Of a stretch of DNA of 64,000 nucleotides, positions 16,606 to 27,164 are shown piece by piece (the stretch's first letter is position 1; each line of letters begins with the position of its first letter). The translations under genes were made by a program, and so were the position numbers. This stretch comes from an uncultured virus (IMG/VR IMGVR_UViG_3300008107_000170) (Duplodnaviria; Heunggongvirae; Uroviricota; Caudoviricetes), in IMG/VR virus record IMGVR_UViG_3300008107_000170; one strand, 5' to 3'. The notes under the pieces were generated by a model. The model made no database searches, had not been told where the DNA came from, and worked only from the letters and a program-made list of their open reading frames with translations.

Positions 16606-18312
16606 ATGTCAATCGACTTTTCACCCCCCAGTTATAGAGCGGCGTCTTCTGACCTAACCATCTCTATTTCTCCGCTCGGACTTGTAGAGCTTGCTGATGA
16701 AGAGTTTGAGGTACACGGTCCTCGCCTAAACCGCTACTCACTTAACTGGGCCATGTACCTTGGCCACCACACCGGATTTCGTCGCCAGGCCGGCGAGCCC
16801 TCTATTGTCCTAAATTATTACAGGGCAATTACCGATTTTATTATTAACTTCACATTTAGCAAGGGCGTACAGTTCCGCTCAGCTAAGGCCACCGAAGCTA
16901 TCGTCCCGTCACTTCTAGAGCGAATCTGGGAAGTAGACAACAACAAGTCCACCGTTCTCTGGGAAATTGGACAGCAGGGCGGCGTGTCCGGTGACTGCTT
17001 TATTAAGGTTGCTTACGAAGAGGCTTACACAGATGCAGCTGGGGGATACCACCCGGGTCGTGTTCGCATCCTGCCCCTTAACTCGTCTTTTGCATTCCCT
17101 GAGTTCCATCCACATGACCGCGAGCGCCTTATCCGTTTCAAGCTCAAGTACCGCTTTTGGGGCACCTCGCTAGAAGGTACTCGTCAGGTTTACACCTATA
17201 CTGAAATCCTCACGGACGACATGATTGAGGAGTATCTAAATGATGAACTTATTGACTCGCGCCCTAACCCACTCGGTGTTATACCTATCATTCATATTCC
17301 TAATGTTCGTGTCTCTGGTTCTCCTTGGGGTCTTAGCGACTGCAATGAAATTATTAGCATTAACCGCGTATATAACGAGACCGCTACGGACATTGCGGAC
17401 ATCATCAACTACCACGCAGCCCCTGTAACTGTTATCACAGGCGCTAAAGCTTCTCAGCTTGAGAAGGGCGCTAACAAGGTTTGGGGAGGCCTTCCAAAAG
17501 ACGCTAAGGTTATGAACCTAGAGGGCGGCGGCACAGGTCTAAAGGGAGCTATGGACTTCATGGACCGCCTAAAGCGAACTATGCACGAAATGACTGGTGT
17601 GCCCGAGACCGCCTTGGGAACTGCCCAGCCTATCTCAAACACCTCTGGTGTTGCACTTAGCATTCAGTTCCAGCCTTTGATGAACCGCTACCACCAGAAG
17701 ATTGTGCAGTATGCGCATGGCCTAGAGCGAGTTAACGAGTTGGTTCTTCGCACCCTAGCGATTAAAGAACCCGAGACGTTCTTCTTCGACCCTAACTCGA
17801 CTACGCTTCCAAAGCCAGACCAACTAATGGAGCTAGACCCGGCTGACCCAGAGACTTACCGCACCTACTGCCACTTCCCTCCACCGCTACCTCTAGACAA
17901 GCTAATCGTCTTGAACGAGGTGCAGTCACTATTGTCTCTAGGCTTGCAGTCTAAGGAAGGCGCTCTGCGTGACCTTGGCGAGGAGTTCCCAGAGTCGAAG
18001 CTCCAGGAGATTCGCCAAGAGCTTATCGACGACGCTCTTGCTGAGGGTTCATTGAACTTGATTAAGACCGAAATTCAGAACGAGATTATGTCTCTTACTG
18101 GAATGTCTGTAGACCCGAGCGGTAACGCTATGCCTGCTGCTCCTGAACAAGTTGCCATGGCGCAACAGGGTGCTGCACAGACACCGATTCTAGACCCTGC
18201 AATTATCGAGAACCTACGACTAGGTGAAGCAAAAGTTAGAACCAGGCTTGTAACTGAAGCCTATGGCACCCGACTTCCGCAACGCCAAGTTCCGCAGGAT
18301 TATCAAAAATAA
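16606..18312 (+). CDS. Portal protein (SPP1 gp6-like)
   Basis: 568 aa after terL; NPLGVIPIIHIPN, GLSD, SGVAL motifs. Confidence 0.88.
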   Translation: MSIDFSPPSYRAASSDLTISISPLGLVELADEEFEVHGPRLNRYSLNWAMYLGHHTGFRRQAGEPSIVLNYYRAITDFIINFTFSKGVQFRSAKATEAIVPSLLERIWEVDNNKSTVLWEIGQQGGVSGDCFIKVAYEEAYTDAAGGYHPGRVRILPLNSSFAFPEFHPHDRERLIRFKLKYRFWGTSLEGTRQVYTYTEILTDDMIEEYLNDELIDSRPNPLGVIPIIHIPNVRVSGSPWGLSDCNEIISINRVYNETATDIADIINYHAAPVTVITGAKASQLEKGANKVWGGLPKDAKVMNLEGGGTGLKGAMDFMDRLKRTMHEMTGVPETALGTAQPISNTSGVALSIQFQPLMNRYHQKIVQYAHGLERVNELVLRTLAIKEPETFFFDPNSTTLPKPDQLMELDPADPETYRTYCHFPPPLPLDKLIVLNEVQSLLSLGLQSKEGALRDLGEEFPESKLQEIRQELIDDALAEGSLNLIKTEIQNEIMSLTGMSVDPSGNAMPAAPEQVAMAQQGAAQTPILDPAIIENLRLGEAKVRTRLVTEAYGTRLPQRQVPQDYQK

Positions 18313-18439
18313 TGCGGGTTTAGCAACAAAATAATAAAAATGTCAAGTCATACTTGATATTGAAAACACACCGAGCGGTCATACGAGCTACGGACGCAAG
18401 TCCACATGAAAAACGACCTAAAGAAACTAAGGAATCAAC

Positions 18440-19243
18440 ATGGAAACAGCAGAAACTCAGGCTGTTGCTGCAGAGGCATTTGCCGCTGAAGCAGGAGTCA
18501 CACCAGTAGTAACAAGCACTGACGCTGATGCGCCAGCTGCTATCAACATCACCGAAACCCCCACCACCCCAGCCTCTTCTAAGTCATACACTGAAGAGGA
18601 CTTGGCTAAGGTCAGGGCTCAGGAAAAAGACAAGCTCTATCCTCAAATTGACAAGCTAAAGTCTGAACTCGAAGAGCTAAAAAAGGCTCGCGAAGAAGAA
18701 GTAGCTGCCAAGCTTGCGGAAAAAGAGTCCAAGGATGCTGAGGCCCGCGCAGCGGCTGAGGCTGACATGGACGTTCGAGACCTGCTTAAGCAGAAAGAAC
18801 TCGAATTCAACGAGCAGTTGGAGCGTGAGCGTCAGGAACGCGAACGCGCCTTCGCGCTACTGGAGCGAGAGAAGCAGTTTACAGAACTCCAGTCTTACAG
18901 GCAGACACTGCTGGAGACTGAGCGGGAAAACATCATCCCCGAACTTGTAGACCTCATCGCGGGCAGTACCCGTGAGGAGCTCACACAAAGCGTTGAGAGC
19001 TTGAAAGAGCGCTCAGCAAAAATTCTTGAGAGTGCACAAGCAGCGATGCAGAACACTCGAAGGGAAATGACAGGCACAAAGGCTACTTTGCCGCCTGCCG
19101 GGCCAATGGACATCAATTCGGAGCAACGTAACTTCACGGCTGAGGAAATCTCAGCCATGCCGATGAACGAATACGCAAAATATCGCCAACGTCTATTGAG
19201 CGACAAAGCTCAGGGACGCGGGCAGGGTCTGTTCGGTAACTAA
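18440..19243 (+). CDS. Capsid scaffolding protein
   Basis: Acidic coiled coil (YTEEDLAKVRAQEKDKLY) directly before the major capsid gene. Confidence 0.8.
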   Translation: METAETQAVAAEAFAAEAGVTPVVTSTDADAPAAINITETPTTPASSKSYTEEDLAKVRAQEKDKLYPQIDKLKSELEELKKAREEEVAAKLAEKESKDAEARAAAEADMDVRDLLKQKELEFNEQLERERQERERAFALLEREKQFTELQSYRQTLLETERENIIPELVDLIAGSTREELTQSVESLKERSAKILESAQAAMQNTRREMTGTKATLPPAGPMDINSEQRNFTAEEISAMPMNEYAKYRQRLLSDKAQGRGQGLFGN

Positions 19244-19286
19244 CCTAAACCCAAGTCAATCACTACGTCTTTAAGGAGACAACCAC

Positions 19287-20372
19287 ATGGCATCAGGTAT
19301 TACGGGAACTGGCAATCTAGCCGCAGCCCCTACCTCATACTCGGGTACTAACACCCAGCTAACTCAGGCGATTCAGCAAATCTGGTCAAAGGAAATCCTT
19401 TTCCAGGCTATGCCAATCCTTCGCTTTGAGCAGTTCGCAGTTAAGAAGACTGAACTAGGTGTTGCACCTGGTCTTCAGATTAACTTCCTACGTTACAACA
19501 ACCTTGGAGTTGCATCACCACTTGTTGAAGGTGTTCGTATGCAGACCAACGCGTTGACCGCACAGCAGTTCTCAATCACCGTTTCGGAGCACGGTTACGC
19601 ACTAGCAGTTTCAGAGCTATTGCTTAACGCTTCATTCGATGATGTAATGGCTTCGGCATCGCGTCTTCTAGGCCGTAACATGGCCCTTTACCTAGACAAG
19701 TTGAGCCGCGACACCCTATACAGCGCGACCTCAACCATCTACGGTGAAGACCGCACCGACATGCTCGCAATCACCGACGGAACTGGTACCTTCAACCAGT
19801 ACGCATACGGTACTCTTGGAACCAGCCGTGCTTCAATGACCGGTAACTTCCACTTGACCCCACGCACCGTCAAGGATGCAGTTGAGACCCTCTCGACTAA
19901 GAACATCCCAAGACTAGGCGAGACCTACGTTGCTTTCGTGCACCCACACCAGAGCCGCCGTTTGCGCGACACTGCTGAGTTCATTGAAGTAACCAAGTAC
20001 GCAGCACCTGGTAACTTCATGCTTGGTGAAATCGGCCGTCTATACGACACCGTATTCATCGAGACCACCCAGGTTCGCAAGGTTGTCGGTGGAGCAGGAA
20101 CCAGCTACACCGCTGACACTGCAGTCACCCCAACCGTAACCCCTGGTGGTGGCTACATTACCCCAGCTGAGTTCACCGGTAACGGTGGCGCAGACCGCTA
20201 CGACTCTATCTTCATTGGAGACAACGCATTCGGTCACGCTATCTCACTACCTGTTGAGCTTCGCGACGGTGGTATCCTCGACTTCGGTCGTGAGCACGCA
20301 CTAGCATGGTACTCAATCTTCGGTCTTGGTCTAATCACTGACCAGGCTGTTGTGATTGCAGAAACCAACTAG
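19287..20372 (+). CDS. Major capsid protein (N4 gp56-like family)
   Basis: LRFEQFA, YVAFVHPHQ, GEIGRLYDTVFIET, DFGREHALAWY; strong RBS; terminator follows. Confidence 0.9.
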   Translation: MASGITGTGNLAAAPTSYSGTNTQLTQAIQQIWSKEILFQAMPILRFEQFAVKKTELGVAPGLQINFLRYNNLGVASPLVEGVRMQTNALTAQQFSITVSEHGYALAVSELLLNASFDDVMASASRLLGRNMALYLDKLSRDTLYSATSTIYGEDRTDMLAITDGTGTFNQYAYGTLGTSRASMTGNFHLTPRTVKDAVETLSTKNIPRLGETYVAFVHPHQSRRLRDTAEFIEVTKYAAPGNFMLGEIGRLYDTVFIETTQVRKVVGGAGTSYTADTAVTPTVTPGGGYITPAEFTGNGGADRYDSIFIGDNAFGHAISLPVELRDGGILDFGREHALAWYSIFGLGLITDQAVVIAETN

Positions 20373-20384
20373 TAACAACTTGTC

Positions 20385-20412
20385 AAGGGGGGTCAGCAAT
20401 GGCCCCCCTTTT
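20385..20412 (+). terminator. Intrinsic terminator
   Basis: AAGGGGGGTCA-GCAA-TGGCCCCCTT followed by T. Confidence 0.8.
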
Positions 20413-20448
20413 CAAACCCAAATCAGCTATTAATTAGGAGAACACACC

Positions 20449-20814
20449 GTGGCAACACAAAAAAGAGCAACCGATTTTACCGGTCGTCAGCGCGAGCAGC
20501 TTCAGGCTGAAGCGATTGAAAAGCAGCAGGAAGCTGCAAACAACATGGCTATGGCCACTGCTGAGGCAGCGTTTAAGGCAGAGCACGAAGTTCTAGACGC
20601 AACCAAGCCAAACAGGGTAGAAACCGTAGTTGTTGAAGAGATTAAGAAAACCTCTGAAAACGCATCTGTAGTTATCCGTGTATCTGAGGACATTGAGTCA
20701 ATGACCTTTGGAGCAGGAAACTACTACAGTTTTAAAGCCGGTCAGAAGTACGAAGTAATCCCAGAGATTGCAAATCACCTCGAAGCAAAAGGTTATCTAG
20801 CAGCTAGACTCTAG
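20449..20814 (+). CDS. Head-associated hypothetical protein
   Basis: 121 aa after the capsid gene; GTG start with AGGAG RBS. Confidence 0.7.
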   Translation: MATQKRATDFTGRQREQLQAEAIEKQQEAANNMAMATAEAAFKAEHEVLDATKPNRVETVVVEEIKKTSENASVVIRVSEDIESMTFGAGNYYSFKAGQKYEVIPEIANHLEAKGYLAARL

Positions 20815-20921
20815 ACCTATTTGCAAACACTACAGCGGGCTTAGGCCCGCTGTTTTGTTTATCCAGACATTTTTGCTGCAGTAAGGCAACATAGAAGTAG
20901 TCAATTTGTAAAGGGTCTTTT

Positions 20922-21986
20922 ATGGCAACTCTCACGGAACTTGTGGAAAAGGTAAGGACTGAGTTAAACGACCAGCCTAAACAGTTCACCAAGTCATTTA
21001 CCGGTGACGGTTCTACCAAGGACTTTACTTTGGGGTATAAGCCCCTAGACCTTACTACCCTTATGGTCACTGTGAATGGTACAGTACAAGCCAACCCAAC
21101 AAATTACACCGCCGAGGCTAACCACGGCGTAATCCACTTCACCTCTGCCCCAGCTAACAACGCTGTAATTAGGATAACTGGAAGCGTTTTCAGGTACTTT
21201 TCAGAAGCGGACTTAGAATACTTTGTCAATACTGCCGTAGGACAGCACCTACTTAACCGCACAGACCGGTTTGGCACGCAAATGACAATAAGCATGTTGC
21301 CAGAGGTCGAGGCCTACCCCGTCACGATTCTGTCTACTATTGAGGCTCTATATGCCCTGGCAACAGACGCTTCGTTTGATATAGATATCCATGCTCCTGA
21401 TGGTGTGACTATCCCGCGTGCTCAGCGCTACAGCCAGCTTATGAATCTAATAGGCCAGCGACAGGAACAGTACCGCAACATCTGCTCTGCTCTAAACATT
21501 GGTCTATGGAAGATTGAAATAGGAGTGCTACGCCGCGTGAGCCGTACCACAAATAAACTTGTTCCAATCTACATGACTCAAGAAATTGATGATTCTCGCA
21601 GGCCGGAACGAGTCTACATTGAGAACAACCTTAATGGCCGTGTTCCTGCGCCTAGCACGGTCGGTATCTATGACCTAATCGTAGAGCAGGGAGACACTTT
21701 CTCGGTAACGCTAGACTTCCCAGACGACACTAACTTTAGTGATTTGGTATTTAAGGCGCAAATTCGTACCTACCCTGGCTCACCTACTCTTTGGGCTACT
21801 ATGACTGTCACTGTCAACAACCCTACGTTAAAGAAACTTACTGTATCCATGACTCCGGAGCAGACTACAAACCTTCCTGTTCGCTGTGCGTGGGACATCC
21901 AGGCAACTTCTATATCAAACCCAGACTTTGTTAGAACCTACCTCAGGGGCCAGGTATTCGTTAACAGGCAGGTGACCCTAGACTAA
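20922..21986 (+). CDS. Head-tail adaptor / neck-type structural protein
   Basis: N-terminal MATLTELVEKVRTELND, FTGDG repeat, C-terminal IVEQGDTF...YLRG domain. Confidence 0.65.
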   Translation: MATLTELVEKVRTELNDQPKQFTKSFTGDGSTKDFTLGYKPLDLTTLMVTVNGTVQANPTNYTAEANHGVIHFTSAPANNAVIRITGSVFRYFSEADLEYFVNTAVGQHLLNRTDRFGTQMTISMLPEVEAYPVTILSTIEALYALATDASFDIDIHAPDGVTIPRAQRYSQLMNLIGQRQEQYRNICSALNIGLWKIEIGVLRRVSRTTNKLVPIYMTQEIDDSRRPERVYIENNLNGRVPAPSTVGIYDLIVEQGDTFSVTLDFPDDTNFSDLVFKAQIRTYPGSPTLWATMTVTVNNPTLKKLTVSMTPEQTTNLPVRCAWDIQATSISNPDFVRTYLRGQVFVNRQVTLD

Positions 21987-22300
21987 TGCCAGACGAGATT
22001 ATTGTTACGCCATCGCCAGCCATTACAGTAACTGTACTGTCTGGTCAGCCTGGTCCTCAGGGTGTTCCTGGAGACCTTGACGAAGTATACGAGGCTATTC
22101 CATCCTTGGTGTCTTATACTCATAATCAGGTCTCCGTAGCTACTACGTGGACCATCACCCACAACCTAAACTTCCGCCCAAATGTAACGGTGTTTGATAG
22201 CGCCAACACTATGGTCGAAGGGTCAATAACCCACATCTCTAATACCCAACTATCAGTTAGTTTTTCTGCTGGTATTTCGGGCACGGCGTATCTCTCATAA
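21986..22300 (+). CDS. Small fibre-associated protein with short collagen-like segment
   Basis: GQPGPQGVPG; WTITHNLNFRPNVTV. Confidence 0.7.
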   Translation: MPDEIIVTPSPAITVTVLSGQPGPQGVPGDLDEVYEAIPSLVSYTHNQVSVATTWTITHNLNFRPNVTVFDSANTMVEGSITHISNTQLSVSFSAGISGTAYLS

Positions 22301-22330
22301 CTAACCTACTTATCTTAAGGAGATAAACAC

Positions 22331-23812
22331 ATGTCACGTTCATTTTTGACGGGTATTAACCTAAATAAGAACGAACTTCTAAACGCTAGAATCCAGAACC
22401 TGTCTTCAGCACCTTCTAGCCCTGTTGCTGGTCAGATTTACTACAACACTGGCGACAACACCCTCCGCTATTACAGCGGGACTGCATGGGTTACCCTAGC
22501 CCAAGGCGGGGACCTGTCCAGTGCTATTTCAGCAGCAATCGATGCTCTGACCACAAATGACATTGAAGAGGGTCTAAATCTCTACTTTACCGACGAGCGT
22601 GCTCAGGACGCAGTAGGTAACGCAGTTGGAACCGGTCTGTCATACAACGACGGTAGCGGCGCAATCTCTCCTGACCTTACTTACCTAGTAGACAAGACAA
22701 CTGCACAAACGCTAACTAACAAGACGCTTACCTCACCTAAGCTAAACGAGGATGTTGCTGTTACTTCTACCGCAACCGAACTTAACATCCTTGATGGTGC
22801 GACCCTCAGCACCACTGAGTTGAACTACGTAGATGGTGTTACCAGCTCTATCCAGACGCAGTTGGACGCAAAGCTACCTAAGGCTGGTGGCACCATGACT
22901 GGTGCTATTGCAATGGGCACTAACAAGATTACTGGTCTTGGAACCCCTACCGATGCAACAGACGCTGCAACTAAGGCGTATGTTGATGCTGTAGCCGAGG
23001 GGCTCCACATTCACGAATCAGTTAGAGTTGCTACTGGTGCAAACGTTTCAATTGCAAATGGCCTTGAAAATGGAGACACCCTTAGTGGAGTAACCCTTGC
23101 AACTGGCGACCGCGTTCTTGTAAAGGACCAGACAACTACCTCGGAGAACGGTATCTATGTCGTTCAGGCTTCAGGGCAAGCGGTACGTGCACTGGACTTT
23201 GACACTGCACTAGAGGTAGACAGCGGAGACTTTGTTTTTGTAACCTCTGGAACTTACGCTAACACTGGTTGGGTACAGACAAGCCGCCCAGCAACAGTCG
23301 GCACAGATGCCATTTCCTTCCAGCAGTTCTCTGGTGCTGGCACCTTCACTGCAGGTAACGGTCTAACCATAACTGGCAGCGAGTTTAACGTAGTCGGAAC
23401 AGCTGACCGAATTACAGCAAACGCTGACAGCATCGATATTGCTTCTACCTACGCTGGTCAGTCAAGCATTGTTACCGTTGGAACCATCACCACCGGTGTA
23501 TGGAATGGCACTGACATTGCTATTGCAGACGGTGGTACTGGTGCTTCAACTGCTGCTGGTGCTCGCACAAACCTAGGCGCTACTACCAAGTACGCAGTCA
23601 GCAACGGTGCGTTGACCGCTTCTAGCGGCGTAGTTACCTGGACCGTGACCCACAGCCTCGGCACCTCAGACGTAACCGTACAGGTTCGCAACCTTACCAG
23701 CAAGGAACTAGTAGAGGTAGACGTGGTAATCACCGACACCAACACCGTCACCCTCTCGTGGGTCTCTGGTGGCGAGCTGGCAGATGCTTACCGCGTAGTC
23801 GTGGTAGGCTAA
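22331..23812 (+). CDS. Fibre protein
   Basis: QTLTNKTLTSP, ELNYVDGVTSSIQTQLD, DAATKAYVD, GDRVLVKDQ...ENGIY motifs. Confidence 0.8.
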   Translation: MSRSFLTGINLNKNELLNARIQNLSSAPSSPVAGQIYYNTGDNTLRYYSGTAWVTLAQGGDLSSAISAAIDALTTNDIEEGLNLYFTDERAQDAVGNAVGTGLSYNDGSGAISPDLTYLVDKTTAQTLTNKTLTSPKLNEDVAVTSTATELNILDGATLSTTELNYVDGVTSSIQTQLDAKLPKAGGTMTGAIAMGTNKITGLGTPTDATDAATKAYVDAVAEGLHIHESVRVATGANVSIANGLENGDTLSGVTLATGDRVLVKDQTTTSENGIYVVQASGQAVRALDFDTALEVDSGDFVFVTSGTYANTGWVQTSRPATVGTDAISFQQFSGAGTFTAGNGLTITGSEFNVVGTADRITANADSIDIASTYAGQSSIVTVGTITTGVWNGTDIAIADGGTGASTAAGARTNLGATTKYAVSNGALTASSGVVTWTVTHSLGTSDVTVQVRNLTSKELVEVDVVITDTNTVTLSWVSGGELADAYRVVVVG

Positions 23813-23833
23813 TTACCTTAAAGGAAAATAGTT

Positions 23834-24073
23834 TTGTCAAGAAAATTTCTAACACCCGTAGGCCTACCGTCTGGCAGCACCTTGCCAGCGGCAGGTTCGG
23901 CGGGAGATTTATTCTTCAAAACTACTGACACCACTGTCTATGCACACGATGGTACATCGTGGGTTGCTCAAAAGACCGCTGCAGGTGAAGGCGGTAACAT
24001 AGACGGTGGAACATCGGGCAGCGTTTACGGCGGTACCACACCAATTGATGGCGGAGATTCAGGGAGTTTCTAA
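23834..24073 (+). CDS. Small fibre-associated protein
   Basis: MSRKFLT N-terminus like 22331; GDLFF; IDGG repeats. Confidence 0.65.
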   Translation: MSRKFLTPVGLPSGSTLPAAGSAGDLFFKTTDTTVYAHDGTSWVAQKTAAGEGGNIDGGTSGSVYGGTTPIDGGDSGSF

Positions 24074-25722
24074 TGGCACAACAAATTCAAATCAGACGAG
24101 ATACAGCGGCAAACTGGACATCAGCAAACCCCATACTTGCCTCTGGTGAAATTGGTTTTGAGACAGACACAGGCCGCTTTAAGATTGGTAACGGAAGCAC
24201 AGCTTGGACTTCTCGTTCGTATGCTGCTCCTGCAATTAACGCCGTGTCTGACCACGCCGCCCTGACTACAAGCGTACATGGAATTGAAGATACCGCAGAC
24301 CTCGTTGTCACTAGCGACTTAGCTCTTCTAGCTCCGCTTGCTGGCCCTACCTTCTCAGGCACTGTAACCCTCCCTAGCACCACTTCGATAGGCGACGTTA
24401 GTTCCACCGAACTTGCTTACGTCAACGGCGTTACAAGCGCCATACAGACCCAACTAGATGGCAAACTAGCATCTAGCACCGCCTCTACCACGTACGCTCC
24501 TTTGTCTGGGCCAACCTTTACTGGGACAGTAACCCTACCAAACACCACATCTATTGGCGATGTTTCATCAGCAGAAATAGGCTACGTAAATGGAGTGACC
24601 TCGGCAATCCAAACTCAGTTAGATGCTAAGGCTCCTCTTGCAAACCCAACATTTACGGGAACCGTCTCCGGCATTACCAAGAGCATGGTTAGTCTTGGTA
24701 ACGTTGACAACACGGCTGATGCTGACAAACCAGTTTCAACTGCAACTCAAACTGCCCTTGACGCAAAACTAGCCTTGGCTGGCGGAACCATGACCGGCAA
24801 GATTACTCTTGACGGAGACCCAAGCCAGGCACTCCACGCAGCAACTAAGCAGTATGTAGATAATCTTGCTGCTGGCCTCCACATCCACGAAGCAGTCCAC
24901 GTTGCTACCACAAATACGCTTGCGGTTTTGTCAGGCGGCACAGTTACCTACAACAACGGAACTGATGGCGTAGGCGCAACCCTGACTCTAGGCACTGCGC
25001 TAAGTACGATTGACGGTCACTCACTAACCAACGGTGACCGAGTTTTGGTTAAGAACCAGGCTACTGCGGCCCACAATGGTATCTATGTAAGGACCTCTTC
25101 TACGGTTCTTACTCGTGCAGATGACTTCAACACTGCAGCCGAGATTGCTGGTGGAGACCTAGTCTTCGTTGAGAACGGCACTCTCTACAACAGCACCTCG
25201 TGGGTAGTAGAAAACGAAGTAAACACTATTGGCACCGACGACGTATTGTGGGCGCAGTTCTCTGGTGCTGGAACAGTGACCGCTGGAACCAACGTTAGCG
25301 TTACTGGACTTCAAGTTTCAGTTGTATCAGACCCCACATTCTCCGGAGTAGTGACTGCTAGCTCAGGCGTAGCCTTCTCAGACGGTACCCAGACTAAGGT
25401 TGGCGTACCATCTATCACCACCATTTCTCAGAAGACCGATTCATACACCCTTGCTAATCTCAACGAGCGAGACACCATTATTGAGATTAACAAGGGTAGC
25501 GCAACTACGCTCACCATCCCTGCAGATGGCACTGTGAACTACCCAGTAGGAACTACTCTAGATATCATCCAGACCGGCTCTGGTCAGGTGACCATCGCAG
25601 GCGTAATCGGAGTAACCGTTAACGCTACCCCAGGCCTAAAGTTACGTACTCAATGGTCATCTGCTACACTATTAAAGCGGGCATCGAATACATGGCTTGT
25701 ATTTGGTGACCTGTCAGCATAA
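24073..25722 (+). CDS. Fibre protein with Mtd N-terminal-like domain
   Basis: IQIRRDTAANWTSANPILASGEIGFETDTGRFKIGNG; repeats shared with 22331; C-terminal LRTQWSSATLLKR...W...GDL. Confidence 0.8.
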   Translation: MAQQIQIRRDTAANWTSANPILASGEIGFETDTGRFKIGNGSTAWTSRSYAAPAINAVSDHAALTTSVHGIEDTADLVVTSDLALLAPLAGPTFSGTVTLPSTTSIGDVSSTELAYVNGVTSAIQTQLDGKLASSTASTTYAPLSGPTFTGTVTLPNTTSIGDVSSAEIGYVNGVTSAIQTQLDAKAPLANPTFTGTVSGITKSMVSLGNVDNTADADKPVSTATQTALDAKLALAGGTMTGKITLDGDPSQALHAATKQYVDNLAAGLHIHEAVHVATTNTLAVLSGGTVTYNNGTDGVGATLTLGTALSTIDGHSLTNGDRVLVKNQATAAHNGIYVRTSSTVLTRADDFNTAAEIAGGDLVFVENGTLYNSTSWVVENEVNTIGTDDVLWAQFSGAGTVTAGTNVSVTGLQVSVVSDPTFSGVVTASSGVAFSDGTQTKVGVPSITTISQKTDSYTLANLNERDTIIEINKGSATTLTIPADGTVNYPVGTTLDIIQTGSGQVTIAGVIGVTVNATPGLKLRTQWSSATLLKRASNTWLVFGDLSA

Positions 25723-25734
25723 TAAGGACCACTA

Positions 25735-26430
25735 ATGAGTAAACGAGCCGGTAGAAAGTCTCAACAGCAAAATGACTTTTTGCAGCCTTCCGCTCCAGTA
25801 AGCGTATCTGCTACTGACGTAGGAACTAACCGTGCGTTTAACAACGGTGCAGCAACCGTGAGTTTTAGTTTGCCTGGTGGCTCTCCTGCTGCTACCTCAT
25901 TCACAGCAACTTCTAGCCCAGGCGGCTATACTGCAACCGGCTCGTCCTCGCCTCTAACTGTTGAGGGATTACAATCAAGCACTTCTTACACGTTCACCGT
26001 AACAGCCACTAACGCTTCGGGAACATCTGCCGCATCTTCGGCTTCTACTGCTATAACCGCCACTACAGTCCCCGATACTATTGGAACCCCGACTGCGACT
26101 GCTAACGTAGACTACGACAATCTAGCTTGGACTGCCCCGTCTACTGGCGGTAAAGGTATCTCTCTTTACAGGTGGACCTCGTCTGACGGAAAAACGGGAA
26201 CTACCACTTCTACCTCTGTAAACATTACTCAGGAAGCTAACACTGCTCAGACATACCAAGTTCGAGCAGAAAATGCAAATGGTAATGGAACGTATTCTGC
26301 CAACTCTAACAGCGTCACGACTTTACCCCCATACTTTCCCCCGTACTTTCCTCCTTATTTCCCACCGTACTTTCCACCGTCTTTTGGGCCATACTTCCCA
26401 CCATATTTCGGCGGGTTTGTAGGAACATAA
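25735..26430 (+). CDS. Fibronectin type III domain protein with C-terminal (PPYF)n tail
   Basis: Two FN3-like repeats (GLQSSTSYTFTVTATNASG; YQVRAENANG) then PPYFPPYFPPYFPPYFPPSFGPYFPPYF. Confidence 0.8.
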   Translation: MSKRAGRKSQQQNDFLQPSAPVSVSATDVGTNRAFNNGAATVSFSLPGGSPAATSFTATSSPGGYTATGSSSPLTVEGLQSSTSYTFTVTATNASGTSAASSASTAITATTVPDTIGTPTATANVDYDNLAWTAPSTGGKGISLYRWTSSDGKTGTTTSTSVNITQEANTAQTYQVRAENANGNGTYSANSNSVTTLPPYFPPYFPPYFPPYFPPSFGPYFPPYFGGFVGT

Positions 26431-26455
26431 ATCAAATAATAACTAGGAGAAATAA

Positions 26456-27112
26456 ATGACTGAAAAAACTTGGACTACAGAAGAGCAGCTAGCCCCAGGA
26501 ATTTTTGTGTACCGTGATGCTCTTACTAACGGCATGGATGTAATAAAGAGGCTAGAGGCAGTCCTAGAAGACCCCTCTACTTACTACAACTATGAAGAGG
26601 CCTTGGTAGGATACCGCCAAAAAATGCCTCAGTACCGTGACTGCTACGACTTTAAATATAAGCGCACTGACATAGACAGCGACCAGTCTGCTGCTGGTGA
26701 TGAGCTAAGGGCTGTCTGGGACACTGTGCATGAGGCCATGGTTGGTCCGGTAGCGGACTACTGCAGAAAATTTCCAATTGGCGAGCTTAAGTACTGGGAA
26801 GCTAGCAATTTTATTAAGTATGGTCCGGGACAGCACTTCCAAGAGCACACCGACCACGGCTTCTCTTACAACAGCACACTGTCTGCTGTTCTTTACCCAA
26901 ATGACGACTATGAAGGTGGGGAACTATTCTTCCGCCTGCAGGGCCTCAATGTAAAAGCGAAAGCTGGGGACCTATTCCTGTTTCCGTCTAACTTCATGTA
27001 CCCGCACAGAGCAATGCCAGTTACTTCTGGATTCAAGTACTCTATTGTGACTATGCTTGATTACAGCGCCAAGTACCACACTCCAGAGATGTATAAAGAT
27101 TCTGGGGACTAG
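26456..27112 (+). CDS. 2OG-Fe(II) oxygenase, prolyl-4-hydroxylase-like
   Basis: KYGPGQHFQEHTDH (HxD), LYPNDDYEGGELFF, FPSNFMYPH, VTSGFKYSIV. Confidence 0.88.
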   Translation: MTEKTWTTEEQLAPGIFVYRDALTNGMDVIKRLEAVLEDPSTYYNYEEALVGYRQKMPQYRDCYDFKYKRTDIDSDQSAAGDELRAVWDTVHEAMVGPVADYCRKFPIGELKYWEASNFIKYGPGQHFQEHTDHGFSYNSTLSAVLYPNDDYEGGELFFRLQGLNVKAKAGDLFLFPSNFMYPHRAMPVTSGFKYSIVTMLDYSAKYHTPEMYKDSGD

Positions 27113-27164
27113 TACCTAAAACACTGCGCACATTAATTCGGAACACGACATTTAGGACTAACAA

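Noticed and set aside
24073..25722. Diversity-generating retroelement target (Mtd-like protein)
   Set aside because: Only the N-terminal Mtd-like domain is recognisable; no reverse transcriptase or template/variable repeat pair was seen in the window
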